NCBI RefSeq assembly: GCF_000195855.1
Contig: NC_002677.1
Span: 3,210,001 to 3,242,000, forward strand
DNA length: 32,000 nucleotides
Direction of reading: 5' to 3'
Origin: Mycobacterium leprae TN
GTDB lineage: Bacteria; Actinomycetota; Actinomycetes; Mycobacteriales; Mycobacteriaceae
Shown: in pieces, positions 1 to 12,310 of the stretch
Layout: every line of letters begins with the position of its first letter
How positions within the stretch are numbered: the first letter of the stretch is position 1
Notes under the pieces: generated by a model
What the model was told of the DNA's origin: nothing
Databases searched by the model: none
Seen by the model: the letters and a program-made list of their open reading frames with translations, nothing else
Program-made: the position numbers and the translations under genes

Positions 1-646
1 CGCACAGCCCGACAGGACGGCAACTTCTGTCGAAGATACGTACCGGGCATCCCGCAACCAGCTTCCCCACGGTTTTCTGGACATGCCGTAGTTCGGCCGG
101 TGTAGACCTCGGTTGAGCCGTAGCCGTTGTCGAGGAGGTTGCCCGTAGTCATCCCACATACCGGCGTGCCAAGCTGGAATCGAGCCAGTTACCGCTGGAC
201 AATGCCACCTATAGGGACGGCACGGGGTTGCGGGTGCCCACCAGATCGGGGCAGTCCGAGGATGCGCACCAGGCATGATCGAAACCACACTTATAGCGGA
301 GGTCGAGTGTGGCTGAGGCGTCAAAACACCAGTGGGTCAACACCGTGCCGCCGGGGCGGACAACTTGTGGGAGACGGGCATCGAGTTCGGTATGTACAAC
401 AACAGTCGATATCACCGATCCTGTCCGATGCCGGTGAACTTTTCCCCATTTGATGGCAAATTCTGTGCACTACACGGTTTTCATTAAGGAGCTAGTGTCG
501 TGCTTCTGAAGTTCGTTTAATATTCGCCGAAATATAGCCTATTGCTATCACTACAGCCAGTCGCTGGTGTTGCCCACGACTCGTATTTCGATAGGAGAAC
601 TCGCACGTCAGTAACAGTGACACACAGGACGAAAAGTGGGGGGCCT

Positions 647-2887
647 TTAACTACCTTGAGCAGCCGCCAACGCAGCATTGAACACGGCACTCGGACGCAT
701 CACCGCCTTGGCCAGCTCAGCATCCGGTGCGTAGTAACCACCGATATCGACCGCCTTGCCTTGAGCCTCGTTGAGCTCGGCGACGATAGTGCATTCGTTC
801 TTGGCCAACGTTTCGGCCAGTGGGGTGAAGTAGTTCCGCAGATGTTGGTCATCGGTTTGCGTGGCAAGCTCTTGAGCCCAGTACATGGCGAGGTAGAACT
901 GGCTTCCACGGTTGTCGAGCTCACCGGCCTTGCGTGACGGACTCTTCCTGTTGTCCAGCAACTTTCCGGTTGCGACATCCAGCGTCTTAGCCAAGATTTT
1001 GGCCCTCTCATTGCCGGTCTTGATGCCCAGGTCTTCCAGGCTGACGGCCAGCGCGAGGAACTCACCCAGCGAGTCCCACCGCAGATGATTCTCTTCGACA
1101 AGCTGCTTGACGTGCTTGGGCGCCGATCCACCCGCCCCGGTTTCATACATCCCGCCACCGGCCATTAGCGGCACTATGGACAACATTTTGGCGCTGGTAC
1201 CTAACTCCAAGATCGGGAACAGATCGGTGAGGTAGTCCCGCAGGATGTTGCCAGTGGCGGCGATGGTATCTAGCCCGCGGATGAGGCGCTCGCACGTGTA
1301 ACGCATTGAGCGCACTTGCGACATGATCTGGATATCCAGGCCACTGGTGTCGTGGTCCTTCAGGTACGCCCGGACCTTTTTGATCAACTCATTCTCGTGT
1401 GGACGGTAAGGGTCCAACCAAAACAATACTGGCATGCCGGAGTTGCGCATACGGCTGACAGCCAGCTTGACCCAGTCGCGAATTGCTGCGTCGGTAACGA
1501 CGCATAGACGCCATATATCACCGGTTTCTACATTCTGGGTCAGCAGCACTTCGCCCGTCGTGAGGTCCACGATGTTGGCGACGCCGTCCTCGGGAATTTC
1601 GAATGTCTTGTCGTGCGAGCCGTACTCCTCAGCCTGTTGCGCCATGAGGCCAACGTTGGGGACGGTGCCCATAGTCGCCGGATCGAAAGCTCCGTTGGTC
1701 TTGCAGAAGTTGATGATTTCCTGGTAGATGCGGGAAAAGGTGGACTCGGGGTTCACGGCCTTGGTGTCCTTGGCCCGCCCGTCGGCGCCATACATCTTGC
1801 CTCCCGCACGGATCATCGCTGGCATCGACGCATCCACGATGACATCACTAGGCGAATAGAAGTTCGAAATTCCACGCGCTGAGTCGACCATAGCCAACTC
1901 GGGTCGGTGCTCGTGGCACGCATGTAGGTCTTGGATGATCTCATCGCGCTGCGATGCGGTCAGGGTCTCAATCTTGCTATAGAGATCGACTAACCCGTTG
2001 TTGACGTTTACGCCCAGTTCGTCGAACAGATCCTGGTGCTTGGCGAAGGCTTCCTTGTAAAAGGTTTTCACCGCGTGGCCGAAAACGATAGGATGAGACA
2101 CTTTCATCATCGTCGCTTTAACGTGCAGTGAGAACATCACGCCGGTCTTGCGAGCATCCTCCATCTGCTCCTCGTAGAATTCGCACAGGGCTTTCTTGCT
2201 CATGAACATGCTGTCGATGATGTCGCCGTCCCGTAGCGACACCTTGGGCTTGAGCACGACTATTTTGCCTTTCTTGGTTGCCAGCTCCATCTTCACGTCT
2301 CGCGCGCGGTCTAAAGTCATCGACTTCTCGCCGTGATAGAAGTCGCCGTGCCGCATGGTCGCGACGTGTGTGCGCGAAGCCATCGACCATTCGCCCATGC
2401 TGTGCGGGTTGTTACGTGCGTACTCCTTCACAGCCTTAGGTGCACGACGGTCGGAGTTACCTTCCCGCAAAACCGGGTTCACGGCGCTGCCAAGGCATTT
2501 ACCGTAGCGGTTACGGATGTCGATTTCCTGGTAGGACTTCGGATCTTGCGGATAGTCTGGAAGCTTGAATCCCTTGGCCTGCAACTCCTTGATGGCGGCC
2601 ATCAATTGCGGCACCGAAGCACTGATGTTCGGCAGCTTGATGATGTTGGTGTCCGGTAACTGTGTCAACCGGCCCAGTTCGGCAAGGTTGTTCGGCACAC
2701 GTTGCTCTTCGGTCAGGTAATCGGGAAACTCGGCCAGTATGCGTGCTGCCACGGAGATGTCGCTAGTCTGGACCTTAATACCCGCGGGCTTGGTAAAGGC
2801 ACGCACTATCGGTAGAAAGGCGTAGGTCGCTAACAGCGGCGCCTCGTCGGTCAGCGTGTAGATGATGGTCCACTGCTCGGCGCTCAT
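647..2887 (-). CDS. icd2: Isocitrate dehydrogenase [NADP], monomeric type
   Basis: Intact 746-aa ORF. Protein begins [31 protein letters not shown] and contains [27 protein letters not shown]-like and [14 protein letters not shown] motifs typical of monomeric ICDH. Confidence 0.96.
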   Translation of the reverse strand: MSAEQWTIIYTLTDEAPLLATYAFLPIVRAFTKPAGIKVQTSDISVAARILAEFPDYLTEEQRVPNNLAELGRLTQLPDTNIIKLPNISASVPQLMAAIKELQAKGFKLPDYPQDPKSYQEIDIRNRYGKCLGSAVNPVLREGNSDRRAPKAVKEYARNNPHSMGEWSMASRTHVATMRHGDFYHGEKSMTLDRARDVKMELATKKGKIVVLKPKVSLRDGDIIDSMFMSKKALCEFYEEQMEDARKTGVMFSLHVKATMMKVSHPIVFGHAVKTFYKEAFAKHQDLFDELGVNVNNGLVDLYSKIETLTASQRDEIIQDLHACHEHRPELAMVDSARGISNFYSPSDVIVDASMPAMIRAGGKMYGADGRAKDTKAVNPESTFSRIYQEIINFCKTNGAFDPATMGTVPNVGLMAQQAEEYGSHDKTFEIPEDGVANIVDLTTGEVLLTQNVETGDIWRLCVVTDAAIRDWVKLAVSRMRNSGMPVLFWLDPYRPHENELIKKVRAYLKDHDTSGLDIQIMSQVRSMRYTCERLIRGLDTIAATGNILRDYLTDLFPILELGTSAKMLSIVPLMAGGGMYETGAGGSAPKHVKQLVEENHLRWDSLGEFLALAVSLEDLGIKTGNERAKILAKTLDVATGKLLDNRKSPSRKAGELDNRGSQFYLAMYWAQELATQTDDQHLRNYFTPLAETLAKNECTIVAELNEAQGKAVDIGGYYAPDAELAKAVMRPSAVFNAALAAAQGS

Positions 2888-3554
2888 GATTGTTCTCCCA
2901 GCGTAACTGTTGGTCAGATGTTGAGGGCTCTGCGTTATAACGGCGGCTATTTAGTATCGCGGCTCCAACATGCGTAGCAAGCGCGCGGCGGTGATGAATT
3001 TGGGTGGGCGCAGCCAGGACTCCAGTAAGCGTTCGGAGATAAGGTGACCATTGATTGGTCCGCTGGCACCGGGGAGGGTTAGGCGCGCTGTCGTAGACAG
3101 ACGACGAGATACAGCTCATGCCCGAGGTCGACGGCCGAGCCGGGTAATAAGGGAAGGACAGATGGCAAAGATAAAGCGTTGACGGGACATGCCACCGGAT
3201 CAACCACACGGTGGGTGCATTACTCCCGCAACAAACTCGATGATGGAGCTCTGCATACATATGTTCGGGATACGGCTGCCGATGCGTGTGCTGTCCACTG
3301 CGCACCATCATCATTGCGGGACAACTATCGGTGATTGCTCTCGTCTTCACCCTAGGCACTTGTGGTGTGCATTGACGTCACCAACTATCAATACAGTCAA
3401 CTCGACCGTCGCCTTGATTGAGTCAACAGCCTTGGCAATATAGACACACTGCTCAACAGAGTGCAACAGACCATACTTAATCGGCCCACATCGGAGAGTA
3501 ACCTAGTAACTAATACATGGTACATGCATTAGCGGAGTGACTGTATCAGTACCC

Positions 3555-4615
3555 GACGGATATCATCCTGCCTAAACTCACAGAAGGATATTCGAACACC
3601 GCCATCAACGGCGTGCAATACCGCGTCCGTACCTTCTCGGCGGGTCCGGCCTCAATTGCGTTAGCAGCACCGTTAGCCGAAGCGCAACATCGGATAAACG
3701 AACTGCATTCACGGGTGTTTTGATCTGTGCCAGTGTCATAGACGGAACAGGTCTAGTAGGTTGGGTGATCTCGTTCATCATGTTCAATCCTTCCCTCCTG
3801 CTAGCCCAGCAAGCTCGTGCCATCAATGTCCAGCGCGGTTCAGACGAAGTTCAGGTACGCAGCGTGCGTGGAAGCCATCGAGATCGCCGAGGCTAGTCTT
3901 AAGGGAGTACTGGACCGCATCGGAAACGAGCAAGAGCACACCAAGACAGTGCTAGAGGTGGCTCGTGACTTTGTCGACGTCGCCTCACACGAACTGCGCA
4001 CTCCGTTAACCTCGATGCGCACTAACTTGGGGGTGTTGGCCGTCCTGGAGTTAGTCTCCGAGCAGCGTGAGGAGGTAATAAATGACATCATTCGCACCCA
4101 AAACCGGATCTAAGCGACATTGACGACGCCTGAACGGCTGGCACAGGGTGAACCTGACCACCATCGACAATTTTGTCCCGTTCGATGTCATCGAGCTTTT
4201 GGATCGCGCCGCGCACAATGAGCTTGGCATCTAGCCGGGATAGTAAGTGCGGCTGGTGCCCTCGCCCATGATACTGATGGTGGGGTTGCCCACCGGGCTG
4301 CAGCTAATTATCGATAACGCCATCCCCAACGCGGTTAAGCACGATGGTGACACCGAAATCCAGCTCATCGTGAGCAGTTCCCGTGAAGGCGTAGAAATCG
4401 CCATCGACGGCAGCGGCGTGCTAGAAATCGAACGCGCCGCAGTCTTCAAGCGCTCTATCCGCGGATCAACAGCATCGTCTTCAGGACCCAGCTTAGGGCT
4501 GGCGCTGGTCATTCAGCAGGCCGAGTTGCACGGCAGGAACGCGTCTCTACACACCAAGCCGATAGATGGCACGGGACTTTTATCGAGACTGGCTGACAAC
4601 AGCCATAATACCACT
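3555..4615 (+). pseudogene. Degenerate sensor histidine kinase, PrrB-like
   Basis: Homology is scattered over several frames: ILPKLTEGYSNTAINGVQYRVRTF (about 3570-3650), VEAIEIAEASLKGVLDRIGNEQEHTK...DVASHELRTPLTSMRTNLGVLAVLELVSEQREEVINDIIRTQNRI (ORF 3817-4113), then VGLPTGLQLIIDNAIPNAVKHDG...SLGLALVIQQAELHG (ORF 4247-4618). H-box and N-box are recognisable, but the reading frame is broken. Confidence 0.85.
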
Positions 4616-5888
4616 TGAGTAGATGGTGTCGGTCATCGAAGCCAGGGAATCCGGCAAAATGTTATAATGTTATGTGGCTTTACGATGATTCACTACGGCG
4701 AAACCTGTTGAGTCAACAATCAAACAAGACGTGGGCCGCGTAAAACAGGAAGTTCAGCAGGACCAGAGCCAAGTCCACAAAGACGAGGCTGCGTAGCAGC
4801 GCTGAAACAGCTTAGCTCGTTACTGTAACTGACGAGTTAGTTGCCTTAGTTGATCACCCTGGCTTGAACAAGGTCGTCACGAACTGGTTATTCCAATTCA
4901 CTTAACGTAAATTTTTCTTGCTATGCAAGCTAAATATTTTGGTAGAGAATAAATTTCAGTAAATCTGGAATTCACTCTCCAAGCCGCGCGATGAAGCACT
5001 AGAAGTGCCACTCAAATAAGCCATCAGAATTAATCTAGTATACATTTCGAGGACTTACATCGACGTTCGTTCAATGTAAGGCTTTAAAATATATAGAAGA
5101 AACATGACCGACATGATGTACAGAAAAACTCACCGGCCTTGTTGTTATTGATCTGTACAACGATTTTATTTCCGAGGGCAGCAAGATATAGAATCGTCTG
5201 AAATAGTGTCGCTGAAACCAACCGGTACGCTCCACACACGGATAAATTTCTTACTGCCGCACACAAAGTCAATATAAATTTTTTTTCTACGCACGGCGCT
5301 GGCGAAATCACCTAACTACTACGCTACATAATAATATATTTATATTTAGCTAGTCTAAAGAGCTGCATGGTCACGTTGGACCTTCGAGTACAGAAACTGT
5401 GGCGAGTAGAGTCATTTCGAGTTTATACTTCAATCGGGTTAAATTATTTTCCAAGCATATCAGTGTTTCAGTAGTTTCACCAACACCAATTTCGATCTCC
5501 AGATCAAAAACACGGGATCCAGCAATTCATAATTGTGGGAATTATAGAGCAAAACTGTGTCTAAATAACCGTTCGCTACGACGCCAAAATCGGCTACAGA
5601 ATAACGGCGGTCAAGGACATTATCACATAGCTACTATGATATGTAGATATATACCGCTCTTGATGTCAATATCCGGAACTATTTCGCCGCTATTATCACC
5701 GGATAATTAAGTCATCTAGAAAATTTCTCAGCTAAAACTGTCGTAGTATTATAAAAGATTGAGCAGCGACACCTCACTGGCCCTGACCGCCAGAAAGAAG
5801 GATTCCGATCCTGGCAACGATTGCCAGCCGGTCCGCTGCAAAATGGATACGGGCACATCCACCAAGGACGCCGGGCCGATGCCAGTAA

Positions 5889-6360
5889 CAACGGGGAGCT
5901 TCTAAAATACTAACAGACATACAGTCCACGCAGCTCGTCGTAGGCAATGCAACACAGCTCCCGACCGGGTATAAGACCGTCGATCAAGGAGTAGCTGTCA
6001 ACGATCAGATGCGCCCATTAACAGTTACAGTGGCCGCGATCACGATCCTTGGGGTCTTGCTGTGAGTCGCGGCGACGGTGATTATCGAATCAGTTGTCTA
6101 CTTCCCTGTTACTCGAACGGCGGCGTGAGTCTTCACCACCATTAAGGTGGTCGTGGTAACGCTACTTGCCACAGTGGTAAGCATTCTTACGCTGTTGGTG
6201 GCACCGTTGTTCCCGATGATTGTTTGTCACGATTCCTGCTAGCATTTTCGCGATGCTACCGGTATCACAGTGACGATCGGGCAGTTGGTCAGCGTCGCTG
6301 GACGGCAGTGTATAATCGCGTTCGATAGGGCATTCGCGGTCGGAAGTCCCTGAGCGATGG
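5889..6360 (+). pseudogene. Degenerate ABC transporter permease (FtsX/MacB-like, similar to Rv0072/Rv2563)
   Basis: Conceptual translation over frames: QLPTGYKTVDQGVAVNDQMRPLTVTVAAITILGVLL*VAATVIIESVVYFPVTR...VAPLFPMIV...SVAG. It has internal stops and frame changes. Confidence 0.65.
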
Positions 6361-6439
6361 ACAAGCTAAATAATCAGGAGCTCATCGTCGAAATACCTCC
6401 AGCAGTGGGTATGCCGTACAGCCAATCGGCGGCTTAAAC

Positions 6440-7020
6440 TTCGATGTGGAGTCGCGGTCGCGGGTCAATCTCGCAGAGCAAATGAAGCACCGCCCAGGTG
6501 ACTTGAGCGGCGGTCAGCAACAGCGCTGCGTTACTGCTGATCGCCGCTCACACTGGATCCGGCCTAAGATCATTGTCGACGAACCAACCGCGTACCTCGA
6601 CTTCAACCAAATGGAGGAGGTGCTACAGCTCATCCGCTCACGCACGCAGAACGAACGGAGCCAACAGTGTAGTAATGATTACGACCCATGACAATCGAAT
6701 GTTGCCGTTGGCCTACCGGGTAATCGAGCTGGTATCCGCGGTTGCGTAAACGAATCGGCCATTCGAAACAATGCATATGAAGGCCGGTGCCGTGTTGCTC
6801 AAGCAGAGCACAATAGGCAAGCGTATCTACGTGGTATCTGAAGATAGATTCGAGATTATGTGCGAATTGGCCAACGGCGGTAAGGACTTTGTCAACATGA
6901 CTGGCCCTGAATAATACTTCAGCAAAATCGGCGTACTGTTTCACTTGCCACACTCGGCTACCGTGTTCGCCTGCACCGATACGACGGCCGTCAGCTACAC
7001 GATGCCCAGCTTTCCTTGAG
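6440..7020 (+). pseudogene. Degenerate ABC transporter ATP-binding protein with C-terminal cNMP-binding-like domain
   Basis: ABC signature DLSGGQQQRC and Walker B-like PKIIVDEPTAYLDF in ORF 6446-6691, followed out of frame by GAVLLKQSTIGKRIYVVSEDRFEI...YFSKIGVLFHLPHSATVFACTDTTAVSYTMPSF, which resembles a cyclic nucleotide-binding fold. Confidence 0.7.
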
Positions 7021-10000
7021 CGGCTCGGCGTGACACAACTGACCGATGCCATCGAGGACCATGACACTATCAGCGACTGATAACCGCATAATTCTGAAGA
7101 TAATTAAAGGACCGTTCGTTTTTGTCAAAATTTGCAATTAAAATTCTCGATTTCCATGGCGGGTAGCTGGAAAGCAATTGAACCGCGACCATTACGACGC
7201 GCTATGCCGGCCAGGCATGTACATCAAGCACTGGCAATGTCAACGAACCAATCGTGGAACCGTTGACGGGTCGTCCATTTACCGCCCTGAATCAAGCGAT
7301 CTCACTCTGCAGACGCTGGATGGCACGTTCGACAAAGTTGGGAGACGAAGGCGGCATCGGACCCGAGATGCGGTGTCCAGAAGACGTTGAAGCACTGCAC
7401 GTCGTTACGAACTATACTGGCATGGAACATCAAAAACGGGATGGATAAAGGCGACATCTAAAGCTAACGGAAGTTAACTGAAGCCTTAGGGCAAAAAAGT
7501 GCAACTAGCTGGTGATAACAATTTGGTAACTAACCTCTAATTAATAGCTGTCTCGGTGCCCTCCAGCATCGGAAACGCCGCCTTGATCAAGGTCCGTCAG
7601 ATTGACGCTTCATTGGAAATGAAAGAGGCTCTCTCTTGTGCTGACAAGCGAGCTACATTGCGACGTTTTCCTCTAGCTCAAAGATAAAAAGTTAATAGGC
7701 TCACCGCCGACATCGTGGTGGCGTCCGGGTGCGGTCAAATCAAATTTGACTCTCCAGGGGGCAAAGAACAAGTCGCAAAATACAATCGGCTTCTCGAAAT
7801 CGCTCCGGTAACACCAGATCGGCTGTTGTGACTGCCAGCTACTCATTGTAGCTTGCCTACGGCCGCAACATACCTGCCGTAACGATGGCCACCGCTATTC
7901 ATACTGCCACGTAACCGAAAGCAGCACCGTTTCCAGCTTTGGCAACCACTGTCGCCACACTAGGTCACCTGTTACCTGGACCGCGCCGAGCACGTCGATG
8001 GCCCGATACCACGAAGTCGATTGGAATAAGATTAGAAACTACGGCTGACTGTGTCGGCCCAGCAAGCCCCGATACCCGCTTCGGCCAAGGCGAAACCCAG
8101 TGTTATCACGAACACACTATGCGGTATACTGGCTCGTAATCCATAAGAGATTCTACAGAGACGATGTACAGGACTGTACACGGTGCGAAATACCGCGCGC
8201 AGTTTTGTTTGGTCACGGCACCCCGCCGGTTAAGCCACCATCACAACTACGTTGCGTGCGTTACCTAAAGGATCAACAAGGTTGTCGCGAGATAGACGAA
8301 CTCGAAACACCGCAGCCGGCAACATACCGACGTGCCGCAATGCTTTGAATTCCAACCGCCGTGGTGCTGATTCGGATACGGCATCAACCCGCCTACAGGC
8401 CCTCACATGCCGATTACAACGATCGCCACCACTGCGGAAGAGATCAAGAATAGTGGCCAGATACAGCGCCGGTTGGAGGCCTAAACAGGCCACCAACCCA
8501 GTGGAGCACAACAGGCACATCACCGCGCCCAGGTGGTCGTCGGCTCATTTCAAGCCCGAATGCCCGGAACGTGGGCTCATTCCAGACTCAGCGGCGCCAA
8601 CAGTGCATCGCAGACCAACGAATGCACAACGACACGCAACCCCAGCCTGGGCCACACCGTTACTGCCCTACCGATAGCTCCTGCTGCCAGCACGGCGCTC
8701 AGAGAGCTACCCGACGGTATTAGTTCCCCGCTTATTTGCAGAGGGCCACCGAACAGTTTCATTGACTCTGTCGAATACACCGAGCGCCGCTGCCAACGTG
8801 CCCGATGTTCCGGTGAAAAACGTAGGCAGCACCAGCATTATTATCTCATAGCCGGTATCTGAGAAGGAGCCCGCCACCCCACGACACCAACACTGGGAGT
8901 GAGTCATGTCTGTTTAGATTCGTCGAATTCCTTACGAGGCGCATTGGACTCAACGCTCATGGCCTGGACATGGCAGTGGCCGAGACTCATGCACAATCGA
9001 ACCGCAACACACCCAAAAAGGACCCTAGGAATTCACTAGCTATTAACTAAATCGCTCTGTCACCGCACTTCGTCACGACACAAATCTGTCGCATTAACAG
9101 CGGATGTCGCCGTCTATGAACACCGAATAAGCAAACAGGTACCTATACGGGAGTAATGGCCGGATATGCCCGAAGCGTTCGGCCCATGTCAAACTATCTT
9201 AGCCCGGAATTATTACATGTACGCCTAGCGTAACCTAGTACGCTACTGACCGAATTGCTGTCATTCGAGAGCTGCAGGGCCATTAAGAGGACGTTTACTG
9301 CGGTTGCTCTGAATCCCCATTCTCGCTGCCGCTCACCAGCTAGCCACAAAAATCACCACCCACTCTAGGGAGGCTGGTTCGAAATACAAAAAAACCGCGT
9401 TTCGTTAATCGACGTGTATTTTACTTTATTTGATGACTGCTAAGGATTTGGTCGTGATTATATAGCACTCCATCAGGTCAGGCAGATGGGTTCAACTCCT
9501 GCTTGATGTTTGCCGCCTTAGTCGTGTTCACACAGTAACACAGTCATTCCTGCGATGCTAAGCGCGGTTATAATCGTCGACTCAGTGTGCGAAAAATTCA
9601 CTACACAGCCATAAACCGCAGTGCGAATTTGCATCGGGACTAGTCGATCCAACCGCAACTCCACAAAACATGCAGCAACGTGGAAGACGTGGTTAAATCC
9701 GACCGCGAAGCGATCATTTTCGCATATCCCAGCACAAGTGGATACCGCTAAAAACATAGCTGATTTCTGTTGCCTTCTGATCCAGCCACCCCACGGCGAG
9801 ATGCGCCTGCAGCTGTGTGCAATTCTCAACGTGACACGGTATCCCATTGGCTTAGGCACGAGCCCAGCCACTGCACAATCTTTACCACGTCATTTCTTAC
9901 ATTACTGATTCACTAGCACAAAATTATGCGCACAACAAGCCGTAAACATCCGCGCTAAAATACATAGCGCAGCCAACATGGTTTGGGTATTTTTTTCTGC

Positions 10001-10834
10001 TGCCCTTAGTCGCTAATACTGACTAGGATAATAATCCCGTGTCTGACCCCAGAATTATACACAAAAAATCTCATGGTAAAACGCGCCAGCAACGCCGCAA
10101 AAAATTTCAGAGAAAATTTCTACCCCAATTACTAGGATATCGAATCGACAGTCCTCGACCCAAAGATACAGCCGAATACTCTCTTTCTCCGAAGATGGTT
10201 TCAATAGCGACAGCACAACGATTTTCAATCTATCTCCGCGCACTTGACACACACATGAATAACATCAACCCTGCCACCGTAAATGTGCTAGATACACCCA
10301 AGCATTCGGTTACAAATACAATCACCTCGAATACACGTGCAACAACTAACAAACACCCCCGGTGGTATCCGTTACAATCGCTGGATATTCTATAATTCCG
10401 TGCTACAATCTGATTTATGCACGTGGCAGCTCCAGCGAACTGCCCTACCCGTAACCGACTGACCAACTGTTATAATGCCGTAACGATGGCAGCAATGGCG
10501 TGGATGTATGCAATGATGGACAACCGTCTTCCGGGTCAGACCGGCGATCCCTAAAACACAACCACGCAATGTTGGGGGGCGCCGCCGTACAGCGCTAATT
10601 CGATTAAAATGGTAGGCACTCTCGCCGACGGCGGTGAGGATCTATAAGGATTCGAGGATGGTCGCGTCAATAAAGGACCGTCAAGCCAAAGCAGGCCGCG
10701 GCAAGGTCCAATGACACCAGCCGGGGCCTTGGCACCGCAGTACGACAATCCAAAGCGGTTCGACCGAGGATCCGGTTACAGAGCGGAAACCGACACGGAC
10801 AAAGACATTCCGTACGGCTAGCGTGAGACTAGGT

Positions 10835-11530
10835 GAGCACATCGATCATAGACAGCAAAATCGGCCAGCCGGTCCAGTCAATCCACTAGGGAGAACGTGC
10901 ACGTTCCCCCGATCAATTCAACACGAACGGCGGAGATGGTCGCAGCCAGTCGCTGGTCGGCGCCGAACGCAAAGAACTGGGCGTCGGCCGACCACGCGAT
11001 GAACATTGGTTTGTCGAGCTAAGGTAGTCGGGACGCAGCCCCGGTGGGTCACCCCGTGCGCATAGAGATATAGATAACGAAAATTGACGTAGGTCTCCGA
11101 CAATCGCGGAACCGGACAGCGCCGACCACATAACCGGAATGACAGTCCTTAACAACGTCTTCGACTTGGCCGACAAAAATAACCGATTTGAGGCTACTTG
11201 AGGACCATCGGCAGAACGTGTTCGAACGCATCGCCACTCGTGATAACAAGGGCACCCAACCACTCGGAGTAGTGCGTTATGTTACGACACCGTCGGTATC
11301 GTAGCTGATCAACAAAGAAATTCTCTAGGCCAAGGGCAGCAAAAGCACCAGCTACGATGCTGGCGACGCCAGTGATGGTTCGATCAGCGACAGGGCACAG
11401 CAGGTCAGCATGTGCACCCAGCGGCCAGGTAGGGACAATGCTCCGCAGGCCGAAGTTGCTAAGCCGTTCGACTGACCTGCCGCCACAGTTCATTGCCCAT
11501 CATGTAGTCGTGCACAAACAAGACAGGCCT
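10835..11530 (-). pseudogene. Degenerate alpha/beta hydrolase (Rv0077c-like)
   Basis: Minus-strand fragments: FGLRSIVPTWPLGAHADLLCPVADRTITGVASIVAGAFAALGLENFFV...LGALVITSGDAFEHVLPMVLK (ORF 11194-11493), VEDVVKDCHSGYVVGAVRF (ORF 11049-11255), and KLDKPMFIAWSADAQFFAFGADQRLAATISAVRVELIGGTCTFSLVD*LDRLADF near 10850-11020. Confidence 0.7.
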
Positions 11531-11590
11531 GTCATTCTCCGACCCGGTTGCTTCATGTATGGATAGCTCCGGCATTAATGTCGATCGTCG

Positions 11591-11632
11591 ATATAATATA
11601 TATAATATTTAGATAATATATATATATATATA
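11591..11632. repeat. AT-rich tract ending in a (AT)8-type dinucleotide microsatellite (longest run about 11616-11632)
   Basis: Read directly: atataatatatataatatttagataatatatatatatatatata. It lies between the hydrolase fossil (minus) and the TetR ORF (plus). Confidence 0.9.
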
Positions 11633-11694
11633 GGTGCCTCTCCAATTCGAGATACTGTTGCAGACAGCTTGTTTGTAACTTACAAACAGATTGT

Positions 11695-12310
11695 ATGGAA
11701 AGCCAGAGGCGTACCCAGGAAGAGCGCTCCACAGCCACCCGTGATGCGCTGACTTTAGCTCGGCACAGGCTGTGGAGACTACGGGGTTACGCGGAAGTGG
11801 GCACGCCCGAGATAGCCAAAGAAGCGGACACCACCCGAGGAGCGGTCTACCACCAATTTACCGACAAGGCCGCACTATTCCGCGATGTCGTTGAGACGGT
11901 AGAGCAGGATGCGATGGCCCAAATAGCCTCCGTAGTGGCCTCGTCAGGAGCCAAAACCCCCGTGGACGCGATCCGGGCCAAGGTCGACGCATGGCTCGAG
12001 GGCCTGGCCGATCCACAGGTGCGTCAATTGATCCTGCTGTATGCACCCAGTGTGCTCGGCTGGGCGGCCTTCCGCGACGTCGCGCAACACTACAGCCTGG
12101 GCATGACCGAACAACAGTTGCTCAGCGAGGCCAGCCGGGCGAGGCAGTTGGCGCAGCCGCTGGACCACGTGCTGATCGGCAAGCTCTACGAGTCGGCCAT
12201 GGCCATACGACGCCACCACCGACTACCCGAAGCGAGCCCAGCGAGGAACCAGACAGGTGCTGCACCGACTCATCGAGAGCATGTTGCACGACCCAGCTGC
12301 GAGGCACTGA
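11695..12310 (+). pseudogene. TetR/AcrR-family regulator (Rv0078-like) with a probable C-terminal frameshift
   Basis: N-terminal HTH LWRLRGYAEVGTPEIAKEADTTRGAVYHQFTDKAALFRDVVE followed by a TetR C-domain up to KLYESAMAI. The family-like ending DATTDYPKRAQRGTRQVLHRLIESMLHDPAARH* lies in another frame ending near 12310, while the open frame runs on to 12405. Confidence 0.75.

Noticed and set aside
1-460. Possible gene remnant (minus ORF 209-415, RPGGTVLTHWCFDASATLDLRYKCGFDHAWCASSDCPDLVGTRNPVP)
   Set aside because: It looks like protein-coding debris but I could not assign a family, so no feature was called.
2775-3359. 194-codon minus ORF overlapping the icd2 start region
   Set aside because: It shares DNA with the icd2 5' end in a different frame, and its protein is low-information (many Ser/Pro/His/Arg) without a motif. 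Likely chance ORF.
10039-10395. 118-codon ORF considered as a novel basic DNA-binding protein or toxin/antitoxin
   Set aside because: Lys/Arg-rich start but no motif, no partner ORF and biased composition. Not listed as a CDS; kept only as a low-interest finding.
11583-11632. AT tract considered as a mobile element terminal repeat
   Set aside because: No matching opposite end, target duplication or transposase nearby. A simple microsatellite explains it.
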